DNA of 60,482 nt, the filler included, from Globobulimina sp. (lineage: Eukaryota): NCBI GenBank assembly GCA_003354225.1. It is 16 parts of 16 records of this genome, joined end to end, with 100 filler letters (N's around TTAATTAATTAA, not from the genome) between each part and the next. Parts side by side here need not be neighbours in the genome. Positions count along the whole stretch, not along the records: positions 11,378 to 15,068 come from PIVH01002258.1; positions 15,169 to 18,858 come from PIVH01002259.1; positions 18,959 to 22,647 come from PIVH01002260.1; positions 22,748 to 26,434 come from PIVH01002261.1; 12 more parts are not named here. One strand, given 5' to 3'. Positions 12,043 to 24,354 of the stretch are shown here, one piece after another; within the stretch, counting starts at the first letter, position 1; each line of letters opens with the position of its first letter. Position numbers and translations under genes: made by a program. Under the pieces are notes generated by a model, which ran no database searches, had not been told where the DNA came from, and worked only from the letters and a program-made list of their open reading frames with translations.

Positions 12043-14850
12043 ACATAGCGGGTTAGTTTATTATATAGGGAAAGTTTGAGAGTCTGAAAGAAAAAACACT
12101 TGTTCGTTGAATAAATCAAAGGAATGAATTTAAATTTGGTGTCAAATGTATACAATAATTAATTAAAGATTGTCGGACAATGTGGTATTGTGTGTGTTGT
12201 TGAACCACAGATGCAAATGTGTAGTCTTTGTTGATTTCCAGCATTGCATGATAGACAACTTTTGTTTGAACAATTCTCTTCATCCATATGATGAGCTGCA
12301 CACATTTTATCCAGTTCAGCTTTGTGTTTTTTATTTTTCAATCTGGAGCGTGTAATCTCCATCCAACGATGTAATCTGTTGGTCCTTGTTTTTCTTTCCT
12401 GTGGAGACAATCCCGTGCGTTTTATAGTAATTTTATGTTTAGGGATTGCTCCGAATTCCTCCATCGTTGATGGTTTCGTGTCAGATAAATGTTTCTGATC
12501 TTTTAATAATTTGATATGATCATAATCACGAAACATATGTTGCATCCATAAATCATCCGATCTCGCAGCACTTACTTTTTCCAAATTTAATTGTTGGCGT
12601 AAATGTGTGTTTTGTGCATCCATAACAATGGATGATCTCTGTTTGAATGATCTGTTAAATACTTGATTTATAAAATTATAAAATAATTGTGCATCAATCT
12701 GAGGATCATCGGCTAAAATCTTGATAATTTTCTCGAATTCACGCCAATCATTGGTCGCTACGGACAACATTCGGGAATAGCATTCAAATTCTCTCAAAGG
12801 ATTACATTTAATCCTCTTTTTTGTATATAAATTTGTTAATTTTGTTACAATTAATTTCCTCGAATGCGATATATGTAATCCCCAAATTGTAATTAATCGC
12901 TGTACTTCGGTAATGAATTTGAAAATATTTTGTTTATCTTTAAATATATTATTAATTGTCGATGTGAGCCGCGCTCGGATTAAATTTTGAGTATTCTCGG
13001 GTATCTCATTAAATTCAACATAATCTCAGAAATTGTGTTTGGATTTACTCGCCAAATAAAGAGTAATAGTTCCAATTCAGAATCGAAACGTTTGTCCAAT
13101 TTTGAACGTGTTCGTCTCTTCTGTTTCTTGCGTGGATTTGATGTATCACTACCTTCGGAGTCAGTGTCTATATATAAATTATATGCAAAGGTTTTAATTA
13201 TAAAAGTTCGTATATTTGAACTATAAACAAAGCAAAATGACTCAATTTGTGCCTATGGTGCTATGTGTGGCATCGTGAGATTTTGTTTGTAATATTGACC
13301 TTTGTGAGCTATAGTGACTATGTTAGGTATTTACCGTTCGTCGTAGCTACAAATATGGTCATCAATATCAATAAAAGTGAATGAAAAGGAGATAAAAAAC
13401 AGTATTCACACAAACGTTTCTCTCCAATTGAAACGTTTTTGTGCGATGTCTCTGAAACAAAGGACATCCAAAGTCATACAAAAGATTTCGAACAAGCGTA
13501 TTGTTCAAACGACTCACATGACAGAAGGAGACAGACCAACTTACCTTGGATCTCATCGACAATTTGCTTTCCTCTCTTCTTATTCGCCATTTTTTGATAT
13601 AAATCTTGGTGAAGGGAATGTTGTTGATGTGTCCGGGTTTCGTCTGCAATTAATTCGAAGCCCAGCACTGTTTTATTTACATAATGTTCGTGACTCCATC
13701 TTGTCACACCACGTTTGTCGGAGTTTAACATATCATCCACCGACTGTTGTTGTGGTGATTTGAGCGATGCATTCTTCGATGATAAAATGCCTAAACTTAA
13801 GGCTAAATCATCCTGTTTCTGCATTATGGCACGGAGATATTTTGACGGTGGCGGGGTTCGTTCAGAGTCGCCTGAATGTGGCGGAGATGACGGCATAGGA
13901 TATTTGAATTCGTCGTCCTCCTCTAAATCCACAATCGCACCGTCCCTTTTTCGTTTCTTTTGCGGTTTGAATAGTTCCAATTCATCCCAGTCAGTGTATG
14001 AACGTTCTCTGACTTTTTGTTTCTGAATGAATTGGACTTTCCCTTTTTTAAATTGATAGGTTTCTTTGGGGATAATATTGAGCGATTCATATGATTTAAT
14101 CCGCTCACCATTGTTATCAATAAATCCTTTCTTCTGTAAAAAATCGAACTGTTTGACATAAATTTGAATAACGGACGTTTGCAGTTCACGGCCTTTGAGG
14201 CTTTAAAGCCGACCAAATTTATGCGATGCGGGTGTCAAATGATGATACACTCTGTGATTGACTAAGAATTGCATCATACGGTGATTGTATGCATTCAATT
14301 CGCCTTTGACATCGTTGTAAATTAATGATTGCTTACGGTAATTTGCAATGTTTTTAATTAAATCGGACCTATAATCAATGACTGATTTTAATAAACTCAT
14401 AAATTGTGAGTCATATTGATTGGTCTTGTCAGCTAAAACGAATTTTGAATATTTAATTTTCTTAATTCGGTCCAAATTTGAATTGTCGGAATCTTCGGAC
14501 TTTTTCTCTTTTTCAATTTCGATTCTCTCGTCTTGGATGCCGAAATAATCCGATTCTTCCGGACGAGGGCTCTGTGGGTCAACCTCTTCTCTGTCGATGG
14601 CTGAATCATCCTCATTGGAGTCTGAATCTTCACCACGTGGCCTCACCACTGGATCCTGCGGAGGATTAGGAAAGTCCCAGTTGGCGACCATCGATGGGAT
14701 ATCATATTTCTCCTTCCTCGCATTCCAAGTACGGCTTCGGCCCGTTGTTAATTTGGGATAGAACCAAATTACATTCGATAACAATGCTCGAATTTCATTG
14801 TGATTTACTTTGACATGATCTGGATTTGCCGCTTCATACGCTACTGCCTT
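11378..14850 (-). mobile_element. Degenerate DIRS/Ngaro-like retrotransposon: gag-like ORF1 with terminal Cys/His finger followed by RT N-terminus; 3' part lost at contig edge
   Basis: ORF1 ends C..HH...C....C..C...HICICGSTTHTIPHC. The downstream frame reads LADHPN..LI*DGYP...CVPKKD...IRVARHGS...AINDVI...RDLKDAFRQL, matching DIRS-type RT motifs 1-3. RNase H and tyrosine recombinase are not in the contig, so the subgroup is inferred. Confidence 0.72.
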
Positions 14851-15168
14851 GAAATACAGTAGTGTTCACGATCAGAGGTACGCATATTAGTACTAAAATA
14901 TATATTTTATCTAATCATATATTTACGAAATGGTGGAGCTGTCAAGGGCTAATATATATAATATATACTAATATATATATTATATATATTATATATTATA
15001 TTCAAATATATTATCAAAATATAACTCGGGCATAATTTTAAGGGGAAAAATTAACAAGCGAAAATGCGNNNNNNNNNNNNNNNNNNNNNNNNNNNNNNNN
15101 NNNNNNNNNNNNTTAATTAATTAANNNNNNNNNNNNNNNNNNNNNNNNNNNNNNNNNNNNNNNNNNNN

Positions 15169-15427
15169 TTTTGTAATCGAGTCACTTGACCATTGGTCCT
15201 CTTCCAATATTTTACTATCATTGCTTGATACAGATTCCTTAATTATATTAATTTAGTTTGAATAATTGCGCGCAGTTTATAATAAATTACCGTTACGGCG
15301 TTACCTGGCGTTGTTCATCGTAGCTTGATGATAATGATTTTTGCAATGCGTGATCTCTTTTTTCCGAGGCTTCAACATCACAGCCACAACAATAACAATC
15401 CAGAAGACTATCGTTTCGATTTCCCAT
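15169..15427 (-). CDS. N-terminal fragment of a probably dual-acylated protein (MGNRNDSLLDCYCCGC...); intron 15238-15304
   Basis: ATG-Gly start, Cys cluster, phase-0 GT-AG intron; the frame stays open to the contig edge. Not in the ORF track. Confidence 0.5.
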
Positions 15428-15529
15428 GATCAACAATCTACAGTTGTGGTTTTTTTTAAACTTAATTCAAATCTTTTACTGGCAGTCATTATATATATCA
15501 AAAATACAAAACATTTCAAGGTAAATATG

Positions 15530-18500
15530 TTATGATTGTTTCAATCGATGTCTAGCTCTTATTTCCGGTAAATTAAACACAGAATATTCCTGACCAGAAA
15601 TACACATATCGACTGTAACAAAATTTTTATTCATATAATCCCCTAATAATAATTTATAACTCCCCGCAACAATTCTTTCATGACCCACTTCATTCGTAGT
15701 TGATATAGAATACGGCGAAACACTCAACGTTACATTTCTAGACTGACCCACAGCAACATATGTTCTTTGAAAGTCAAATAATTTTATAGGCACTGCATCA
15801 TTATCGTCGGATGTGACAAATCCTAACACCACACAATCAGAGCTCATCTTGCCAGTATTCGTGACTTGAACAATAAATCCAGTCTCATCCGAGACCTCTC
15901 CATATTCCATCTGACCAATCCTCGTCGCATCAATACAGCCATTTGCATCCCCAACAGTATTATTATAATACTTATATGCAAAAGTCGTGTAACTTAAACC
16001 AAATCCAAATGAGTACAAAGCAGTCCCTTGATAATACCTATAAGTTATCCCACCATTATTCCTCAATGACATATCCATAATACTCGGCCTAGCCTTCGTC
16101 AATGAAGCATCATAAACAGTCACTGGCAGCTTTCCAGCCGGCGACACATCTCCAAATAGAATATTATTGATAGCATCGCCACCCAGCTCGCCGGGATAGA
16201 ATGCTTCGACAATGCCTGCAACATTGGCTTTAGGCCAAGTAATATCCAGCGTTCCGCCATTAATCAGCACCAAAACAGTGTTTGCGTTGGCAGCAAATAC
16301 CTGCTTCAATAATGTCAACTGCTGGCCTACAAACTGTATATTCTCGCGGTCCCACCCTTCGTCCTCGCGCGCCGCAGTAAACCCTTGGCCTGGATGCAAA
16401 CCTAAAATGACCACAGCGACCTCAGCTGCTCGTGCTGCAGCAACAGCTGCGCCAAATCCATGTGTACTGTTACATAAAATATCGCAAGCTTGCGTGTATG
16501 TGGCCGATATTTTTCTATCCAACGCGGCCTGATATGGAGAGTGCGCATTGACCAATGTATTGCTTCCCACATATATGGACAACATATCCTGTGTGGCATT
16601 CGCATGCGGCCCGATAAATGCTACTTTGCTTGACGTTGACAAGGGTAATATGCCATTTTCGTTTTTCAACAAAACAATGCCTTGTTCTGCTGCGGATAAC
16701 GCTAACTTACGATGTTGCGGCGAGTCTACGCGATCTGCACCGTATTTGTTGTAAATGGGGCCGGGATGGTCCATCATGCCCAAATCGAAGCTTTTGTGGT
16801 ATATTCTGCCGGCTGCTCGGTCAATGTCTTCCAAATGCACAACGCCTTGCTGATAGGCGGCGGGAAGGTATTCCATATAAAACGAACCGCAGTTCGCGTC
16901 ACATCCGCCTTGAAGCTGTAATATATAATATAGAATGCAGTATAAATATATATGTATAACCAATAACATACAGCAACTCGGGCTTGTTGTGATTTGTTTC
17001 CATTGTAATTTTGGTCAATATAACGACTGAACGCAGGATCTCCGATGGCACCACAATCGCTGACGAAAAAGCCGTCAAATCCCCATTCCGCTCTGGCGAT
17101 TTCATTCATAAAATAGTCATTGCCGCAGGCTGGCATATTGTTGATGGCGTTGTAACTGCACATTATGCTCTCTACGCCACCAACTTCAATCGCGGTCCTC
17201 CACTGAGGCCAATAATATTCGACTGATAGTTGAAGATTATAAAGCAAAGTGACATGAATTCAAAATCTATATTGACATAAATGTACCTACCTTGATCTTG
17301 TGCGGATACATTGGCATTAAACGACCCTCTGTCTGTGCCATGATTGCCTTCTAGATCATAATCAGCATAATGTTTTGCAGTGGACACAACTTTCAGATAT
17401 TTACCATCTTCTCCCCGTTGCATATACCGCACGTATTGAGCCACATACTCGCCAGTTAAAAACGGGTCTTCTCCGGGCGTCTCCTGTCCTATTCAATGCA
17501 TACTATATTCGTTATGTTCAATTCTGTAAATATGAAATCATAAACATGCCTCGTCCCCATCCTATGCAGTATATCCAATACAAAATATAAAGTATATACA
17601 TTTCCTGCATTACATACTTGGGTCTCTGAACAAATTAATATCCGGAGTCCTAATCAAATAACACAAAGCGTACGAGTACGACACAAGAAATGCAACAAAT
17701 TACCAATTACAAACCAAAAAAATGTGCCAACAATGCCCTGGTTGTGTAAAGCTCGCGCTTCATCAGATATTGCCGTCGCAACTTGCTTCCAAAGCGTTCT
17801 GTTGAAGCTAGCTCCCAATAACGTGGCATGCGGGAAACTGGTGGGACAGCCAGTATTGCCGTTCACTTTGGCACCGCAGCCACAAATAACTCCATGCAAT
17901 GCCTCGTTGAATTGGTTTGGCGGAACTCCCAAACGCGGCACTCCATTGTTACTGTTTTGTAAGTTTGCAATTTTCTCGCCGACAGACATGCGAGAAAGCA
18001 AATCTTTGACTCTTTCAGCTGTGGAAAGTTGCGAGTTACAGTATGGATAACTGTCATATGGCGCTTGTGTGCAATTCGCAAATGGATAATATGCAGCGGT
18101 TATACATAAACTTGAATTACTTAGACTTGAAATATAATGTGCCGTCGGATTGTTTAATCTGAATTTCTGTAAAGAGTTGGATGCATCGCAGGCTTCCATC
18201 GAAAGGATGGAGTATTCGTCGTTGCCGATTGCTTCTAGGCAGGTTTTGGTAGCGGCGGACTGGAAAGCTACTGCGTCATTGCCTAAGTCAAGAATATTGA
18301 AATCTTGATTGTAATATAGGTTCGGATCATAGCCCCTGTTCGTAATCGGTGTTTGTGTGCAAAATGTGGTATGTTGTACATATTACATACCATAGATGAG
18401 GAACTGTTCCTTTCTATTTAAATATATTATTATTTATAAGTTTTATTATATGCAGATGGACAGAAGATATATTTAACGGACCCCACAACCACTACAATCA

Positions 18501-18679
18501 ATGACTTTGTCGCTATAACTTGCATTGTAAAGATTCAATGTATAAGTTGTAGTGCTGGAGTTTACACTCTTTGGATTCCATTCTTGATATCCTGGATAGG
18601 TTCCACATTCGTTGAGTGTGAATGGATTGCCGTTGGGCAGATCACCCTTTGATGAATGAATCAGGCATATCAACGTCAT
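15530..18679 (-). CDS. Glycoside hydrolase family 3 beta-xylosidase/glucosidase with N-terminal ricin-B-like lectin region; multiple short introns
   Basis: NEALHG, TSFP, spliced [43 protein letters not shown] (nucleophile Asp), EGWDR, YPGELGG, FGFGLSYT and an Fn3-like tail. The start codon is approximate. Confidence 0.93.
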
Positions 18680-18958
18680 ATGAGATAATGCAATGCAGAT
18701 ACAAAATGCCAACCTTCTCAAAAAGGTTCAGTATTTGTGACTAATGTCTTGACTGAGTAAGGCGTGTGTCTTATTTAGTTTTGCCATTTGTTTGCCCCGT
18801 TTTAAGTAAAATGAAAGAAGTTTTCAGAATTTTTAACCACAGATTTCGCAGATTTCACNNNNNNNNNNNNNNNNNNNNNNNNNNNNNNNNNNNNNNNNNN
18901 NNTTAATTAATTAANNNNNNNNNNNNNNNNNNNNNNNNNNNNNNNNNNNNNNNNNNNN

Positions 18959-19628
18959 GGTTGAAATTGAAATTGAAATTCAAGGTTTTTTTAATTGGAT
19001 TGTTTTTAGTATGAATAATATTTCTGGCTTTAACTCTGATTAATGCTTCATCCAATAATTGCATTTTTATTTTCAATTTTTTACCATAATCTGGCAAATT
19101 ATTTGTTAATTCATTGTTGCTTAACATTCGTTGGCAATCTTCCATTTGGGCAGAGATTTCAGACTCGGATAAGTTATCAAATTTATTTTTCTTTGCTGTA
19201 TTTAAACCTCGATATGGTGTGTTTTTTAATGCAGTTTTAGGACTTATTCGCGATCGATTCTTATTGTGATTATTATTATTGTTGTTACCTTGGAATGGAG
19301 CAAAAAAGTGAGTCAGTTTGGTTTGGGTTTTGTGTCTTGCTCTGAAAGAGAGAATAATTGGCGATGCGGATTCTTCTGAAGTTGACTCGTTTTGATATGG
19401 CAAATTATTAACGGAACTATGATTGCCAGGAAATTTTGCTTCAGTTTGTGGTGGAATACGTTCATGAGATTGTTCATGATAGCGATATATAGATAATTTT
19501 CTTGCTGATTGAAGTAATGTTTGTATATCATTTCCTGAATCTGATGAAGATTCGTCAACAATTTGTGCATGTTTTTTCCTGTGTCGACTAGTTATTGGTA
19601 TTTGATCGTCAGAAGATGACACAGACAT
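18959..19628 (-). CDS. N-terminal low-complexity part of an unknown protein with an LPDxGxKL motif (3' truncated)
   Basis: ATG at 19628; Ser/Asn-rich; LPDYGKKLK lies within a helical segment. Confidence 0.55.
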
Positions 19629-19728
19629 TATTTGATGCGGATATTATTGGACTGGTATTTTGGAGGTTTTTGCTACTGTTTTTTATAAAAATAAATCTTT
19701 AAAACCTTTTAATTATTGCCTTGACATC

Positions 19729-21622
19729 ATGTCCTTGGATCTTTTATCTTTGCTGTCCACACTCCACAGCGAGAGGAATTGAATCTAAATCAAAAGCTGA
19801 AATTATTGACTCTTTGTCATCTTTTGATGAACGTATTTTAAAACATATTTTAATCACAATTCTATGTGAAATTAAACCTAGTCTCAAACAACTGGTCATA
19901 ACGGATCCCGATGCTTCAACAGTTAACTTTATATATTTGTATTCCAATTAAATTCTCAGAATTGTTTATTAAAGATCTCCGCTGCAAAATGTATTACAAA
20001 TAGTTTTTATGCAATATCCGCATCACAAAATATGAAAACATCCAAATTATTATCATTACCATCAATGATCAGCGCGTACATTTTATCCTTTTGTGATATG
20101 AAAAGTCGTCGAAAATTTGAATTATTATCAAAAGATTGCAATGGATTATGTCAGATTCCGCTAACAAACAATGATTTAATTGTTGACAGAACTTTTGTCA
20201 AATACCTTGTCGGTGATAAATTCACTCCAATTAAATATCGAAACATTAAACATTTAGATTTAAAATTTGTTTTTTTAGCAGCACGGCACGAAAATAATAT
20301 TCTAAGCAAACACCAAGAACAAATTGAAGAGAAATATTATTCACAGTTAAATCGCATTTTTTGTATGTCGAAAAAGATAAAATCCATTAATTACGATTTA
20401 ACACATATATCTCCCAAAAGTACATTGACATTAAGCACATTAAAACGTAGCTGGGCTTCTGGTGGTTATCATGGAATGTTAGATTGGATGAAAAAATTCA
20501 AATTAAATTATAAAAATATTACTAAACTGAGTATGGTGCCCTGTATAAAAAGTGATTGGACAAACTGCTGTGATTTGGACAAGACGCAAACTGCTGAATT
20601 TGTGCGATTTTTCACCAATTTGGACACATTAATTATTGCTGACATTAGGCGTTCTCGCTGGCATCGCAATGAAGCCTCAGGCGTATTGAGCTTATTTAGC
20701 ACTAATTATTATTGGAAGCAATTAAAACATATTGAAATTAATATGGCAGCACTCGATATCACTGATATCGATATTCGACAACATCCTCTTTTACATATTC
20801 ATCAATTTAAGAAATTAAATAAATTAAAAATAAATCTTGGGATATACAATGGATATAATTCTGGGAATCCAAATGAAAAAATATATAATTATTATCAAAA
20901 AATTTGGACAAATAAAGTTTGTAATCAATTAAATGATATAACGTTGAAATTTAATCCGCATAGTTATGAGGATAAGGAAATCTGTATTTTCACCAAATCT
21001 GTTGCATTATACATTTTTAATTGAACCTGGATTCTGCAGAAGAACGGATTTAAAACTAAAATATCAACATTTAATCGGCCACACGGATAAATTAAAAACA
21101 ATGGTTGTTGATAGTTGTGATGTTTTTAAATTGGGAATGAATATTTTATCTTTACAATCGATTGAAATTCAATCATTACAATGCGATGTTGATGGTATTT
21201 TTGATGAATTAATGGAAAGTTTTAATCATTTTCAGTGTACTCCGAGTTTAGAGTCATTTAAATGGATTGTTGATTGTTGTATGGATCGTAAATGGAATGA
21301 CACAGTGATTGGATTTTTGAGTTATTTCTCAAAACAAACTGGTGTTAAAAATTTAAAAAGTATTCGTTTGATAAATAAATCAGAATATAAAAGATCAGTT
21401 GGTAGCATAAATAAAGATAAATCATTAAAAATATGTAAATTAATAACATCATTAAATGATATTAAATTTATTGAATTAACAGGATTAAGATTGAAAGCAA
21501 AAGAATTTCAATATTTATTGTTTTGGTTTCAACCGCAATTTGGTTTTATTGATAAACAGAAAGAAGTTTGGAGTAAAGGAAATAAACATGTTTCGTTAGA
21601 CATAAAATTGACAAAAAATTAA
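19729..21622 (+). CDS. F-box-like/LRR-like protein, apparently frameshifted (possible pseudogene); intron 19922-19974
   Basis: LLSLPSMISAYILSFCD...LLSKDCN F-box-like motif and LxxLxI repeats. Needs a +1 shift near 21013-21018 and probably another near 19760. Confidence 0.55.
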
Positions 21623-21802
21623 ACTGTATTAATATTTATACATTTTAACATTATATAACCACCGATTATCTTTTTTTTTCTTAGTACCAGTTTTATAAAA
21701 CTGCCCTGTGAAACGACCCATAGCTACATATATATGGAACTGTGACTTGTGCTATTTTTTAATATAATATTGTTGAACTTAAAAACATTTCGAGGACTAC
21801 AA

Positions 21803-22647
21803 ATGCGGCATAGCTTATCCATCCGTGAAGAAGTAGAACGCAGTAAAAGTGGTCGATACAACAAACTAACTGATGGTCAGTCCAATAAATTAGTTGATGG
21901 TAAAAGTTTAAAAACTGATTTTGTTGGCGCAACAGGTAAAATAGTCACAATATTTACATTGCTTTTAAGCGGTGTGTGCATGATAGCAATGTTGCTTACT
22001 GGGAATTTTTTTGTTTATTATATTGTAGTATGCATATATGAAATAATTATAATCTGTCATTATGGTTATCCGTTAATTAAATTCTTAGTATCAATTCATT
22101 TTGGTGATAAAAATAATGCCGAGGCAGTGGATGCTGATTCTTGTTGGTCAATACTGTATAAATATTGGTTGGAATGGCAAATTGGATTTTGTTTTAGTTT
22201 TAATATCGTAACATCAATATTATTGTTTATATATTTAGGACACAGAACATCTGCAGAAGAAACAGCAAAATATGCCGTCGAAGGTTTATCATATTTTCTT
22301 GGCGCATTTAGTATTCCTTTGCCATTAATTTGTTTAAGAATGTATCCAAATGAAATAAAACAACAAATGCAAGATAATATCAGTTATGTTATGTGATATA
22401 ATTATGCTACAAATGCACAGTAATTAATAACAAATAACATACACAGAACATGTTGGAATTATCTTAAGGAGATTGAGTCTCACGTCCATAAATTCACGAA
22501 AAACAAACAAATCGCAAAAATCAGATGAACCAATGACATATTCTTCTACAAAATCTAATAAAACATTAATAAAAAAGCATAAATTTAGACCGTGGAGAGA
22601 CGAAGGAATTGTATTTTGCACCGTGATCGTATATATGATCCATGTTA
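21803..22647 (+). CDS. Uncharacterised multi-pass membrane protein (3' truncated); intron 22383-22446
   Basis: At least four hydrophobic helices; a 64-nt GT-AG intron joins ORFs 21749 and 22473 in frame. Confidence 0.55.
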
Positions 22648-22910
22648 NNNNNNNNNNNNNNNNNNNNNNNNNNNNNNNNNNNNNNNNNNNNTTAATTAAT
22701 TAANNNNNNNNNNNNNNNNNNNNNNNNNNNNNNNNNNNNNNNNNNNNGCCAATTATTGACAGTAAAGGGCCGGTAACTGCGGTAAGGGAGGGAAAACAAT
22801 ATTTTTTTCAAAAATCATGAACATGTTTGAAATCGTGAAAAAACACTCTACCGGACCACCTACTTTTCATGTCATTTTACTAATTGTGACCGTGTTTTTG
22901 AACCGGTTGT

Positions 22911-24237
22911 TTAAAAATGAACGGCTGTGTTATCCTCCTCATTCCACATCATTCTTACTTTTTGTATGGCAATGGACGAATTCCCCAAACACAATGCATT
23001 CTTTCCTGATAATCTAACTCTATACATCCCCTCTTTCATCACCACATTACTCACAACTGCGACCTCTTCTTCATTTTTAGTTTCATTCTGCTTTAAATCA
23101 AACTCTCCAAATAAAATCCACTGTTGCTTACTCTCTTCGTTTTCATTTTCTTTTTTTTCATCATCAGCAACACCACAAATATATTGACATTCGACCCTAT
23201 ATTTTGCATTCATATTTTTACCATATCTCACTGCAAACTGCATTGACTGTTTACTTCTATCAAAGGAAGGCTGTGACACAAATTCCATACGGTCAGCAAT
23301 AATATAATCCAATTTTGTAGCAATGAAGGTTTCAAACGATTTCTCATTGCAGCCATAACAAACAGTCGGTGTAATATAAATATCTATATTATCCACCATA
23401 CATTCTTGCATCGATTCGAATTGTTTCTGTAACACACATAACATATTACGATTTGCATTTATGTTTTAAAAAAAAGTGTATACAAAGGTGCAAACAGGCG
23501 GAATAAATGCAAATAATGCAGTTGGACATAACTGTTGCAACGGCTATGATTTTGTTGATTTTTGCTTGTGTTTGCATAATTTGTGATTGATTTGATGATA
23601 AACATTCATTAATATCATTTTGGATTTTCTCAATTGTACTGGTTGCATTTGTTACTGATGTTAACTGTGAATTGAGTGATTTTGTTTTATTTGTTACAAT
23701 ATCATCGATATTATTAATAACGAATGCCTTTCTTTTTTGTAATAATTCCATAAACGATATGTATTGATTATTGACTTGCTCTTTGATATTATTTGCAGAT
23801 GTTGTCAATGTTTGTATTGTATGTTGTATTTTCTTTGTATTTTTTGTGGTCTTCTCTTTTTTGGAATGTATATTTAATATAAAATCATTTTGTAGTGACG
23901 ATAAAATAATGATACTCTGCTTTGGATTTGATTTATTTGAGTCTTGTGCTAATATGGATGTTGGTATCTTTCTGAGTGCGGATTTTAACCGTAATAAATA
24001 TTTTCGTGGAATGTTTTCTTGCGTAAATATTTCTCTATGTGTTTTTACATATATTTACATAAATGGCGGAGATATAGAATCAGACTTTAAATCATCTTCA
24101 TTCGCTTGCATAATATCATCATATTCGAAGCCTGCTGCAGTAAATGGTTGAATTATATCCTTCAAATTGCTAGATTTGAGCCATGACGACAATTTAGTAC
24201 TTGTACCGTCTCCTTCCAATTGTAACTGCGCTGCCAT
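22911..24237 (-). CDS. Protein with SAM-like N-terminus, coiled coil and Fn3-like C-terminal region; two introns (one at 23427-23532)
   Basis: LSSWLKSSNL...FTAAGF...ANEDDLK SAM-like pattern; heptads; YRVRLSGKN...GNSS Fn3-like end; GT-AG introns restore the frame. Confidence 0.6.
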
Positions 24238-24354
24238 GCAACTGAAGGTAGAAGATTTACTGTTTTTTTTTAGCTGTAGCTTCGCAGTTTTCATTTCAAA
24301 AAAAAGTGAAAATCTAAAAAAAAAGTGACAATTAAACAATTATTAATTGGCAGT

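Noticed and set aside
9611-14850. Apparent linkage of the DYW deaminase gene with a reverse transcriptase (retron/DGR-like or editing system)
   Set aside because: They are on different contigs separated by the linker at 11278-11377; adjacency reflects size sorting only.
14940-15020. Nearly pure A/T tract upstream of the retroelement ORF1
   Set aside because: Low-complexity (TA)n-like sequence; no terminal repeat or origin can be supported from one contig end.
22748-22930. Possible transposon end truncating the SAM/Fn3 gene
   Set aside because: Composition changes, but no second terminus or target-site duplication is visible before the contig edge.
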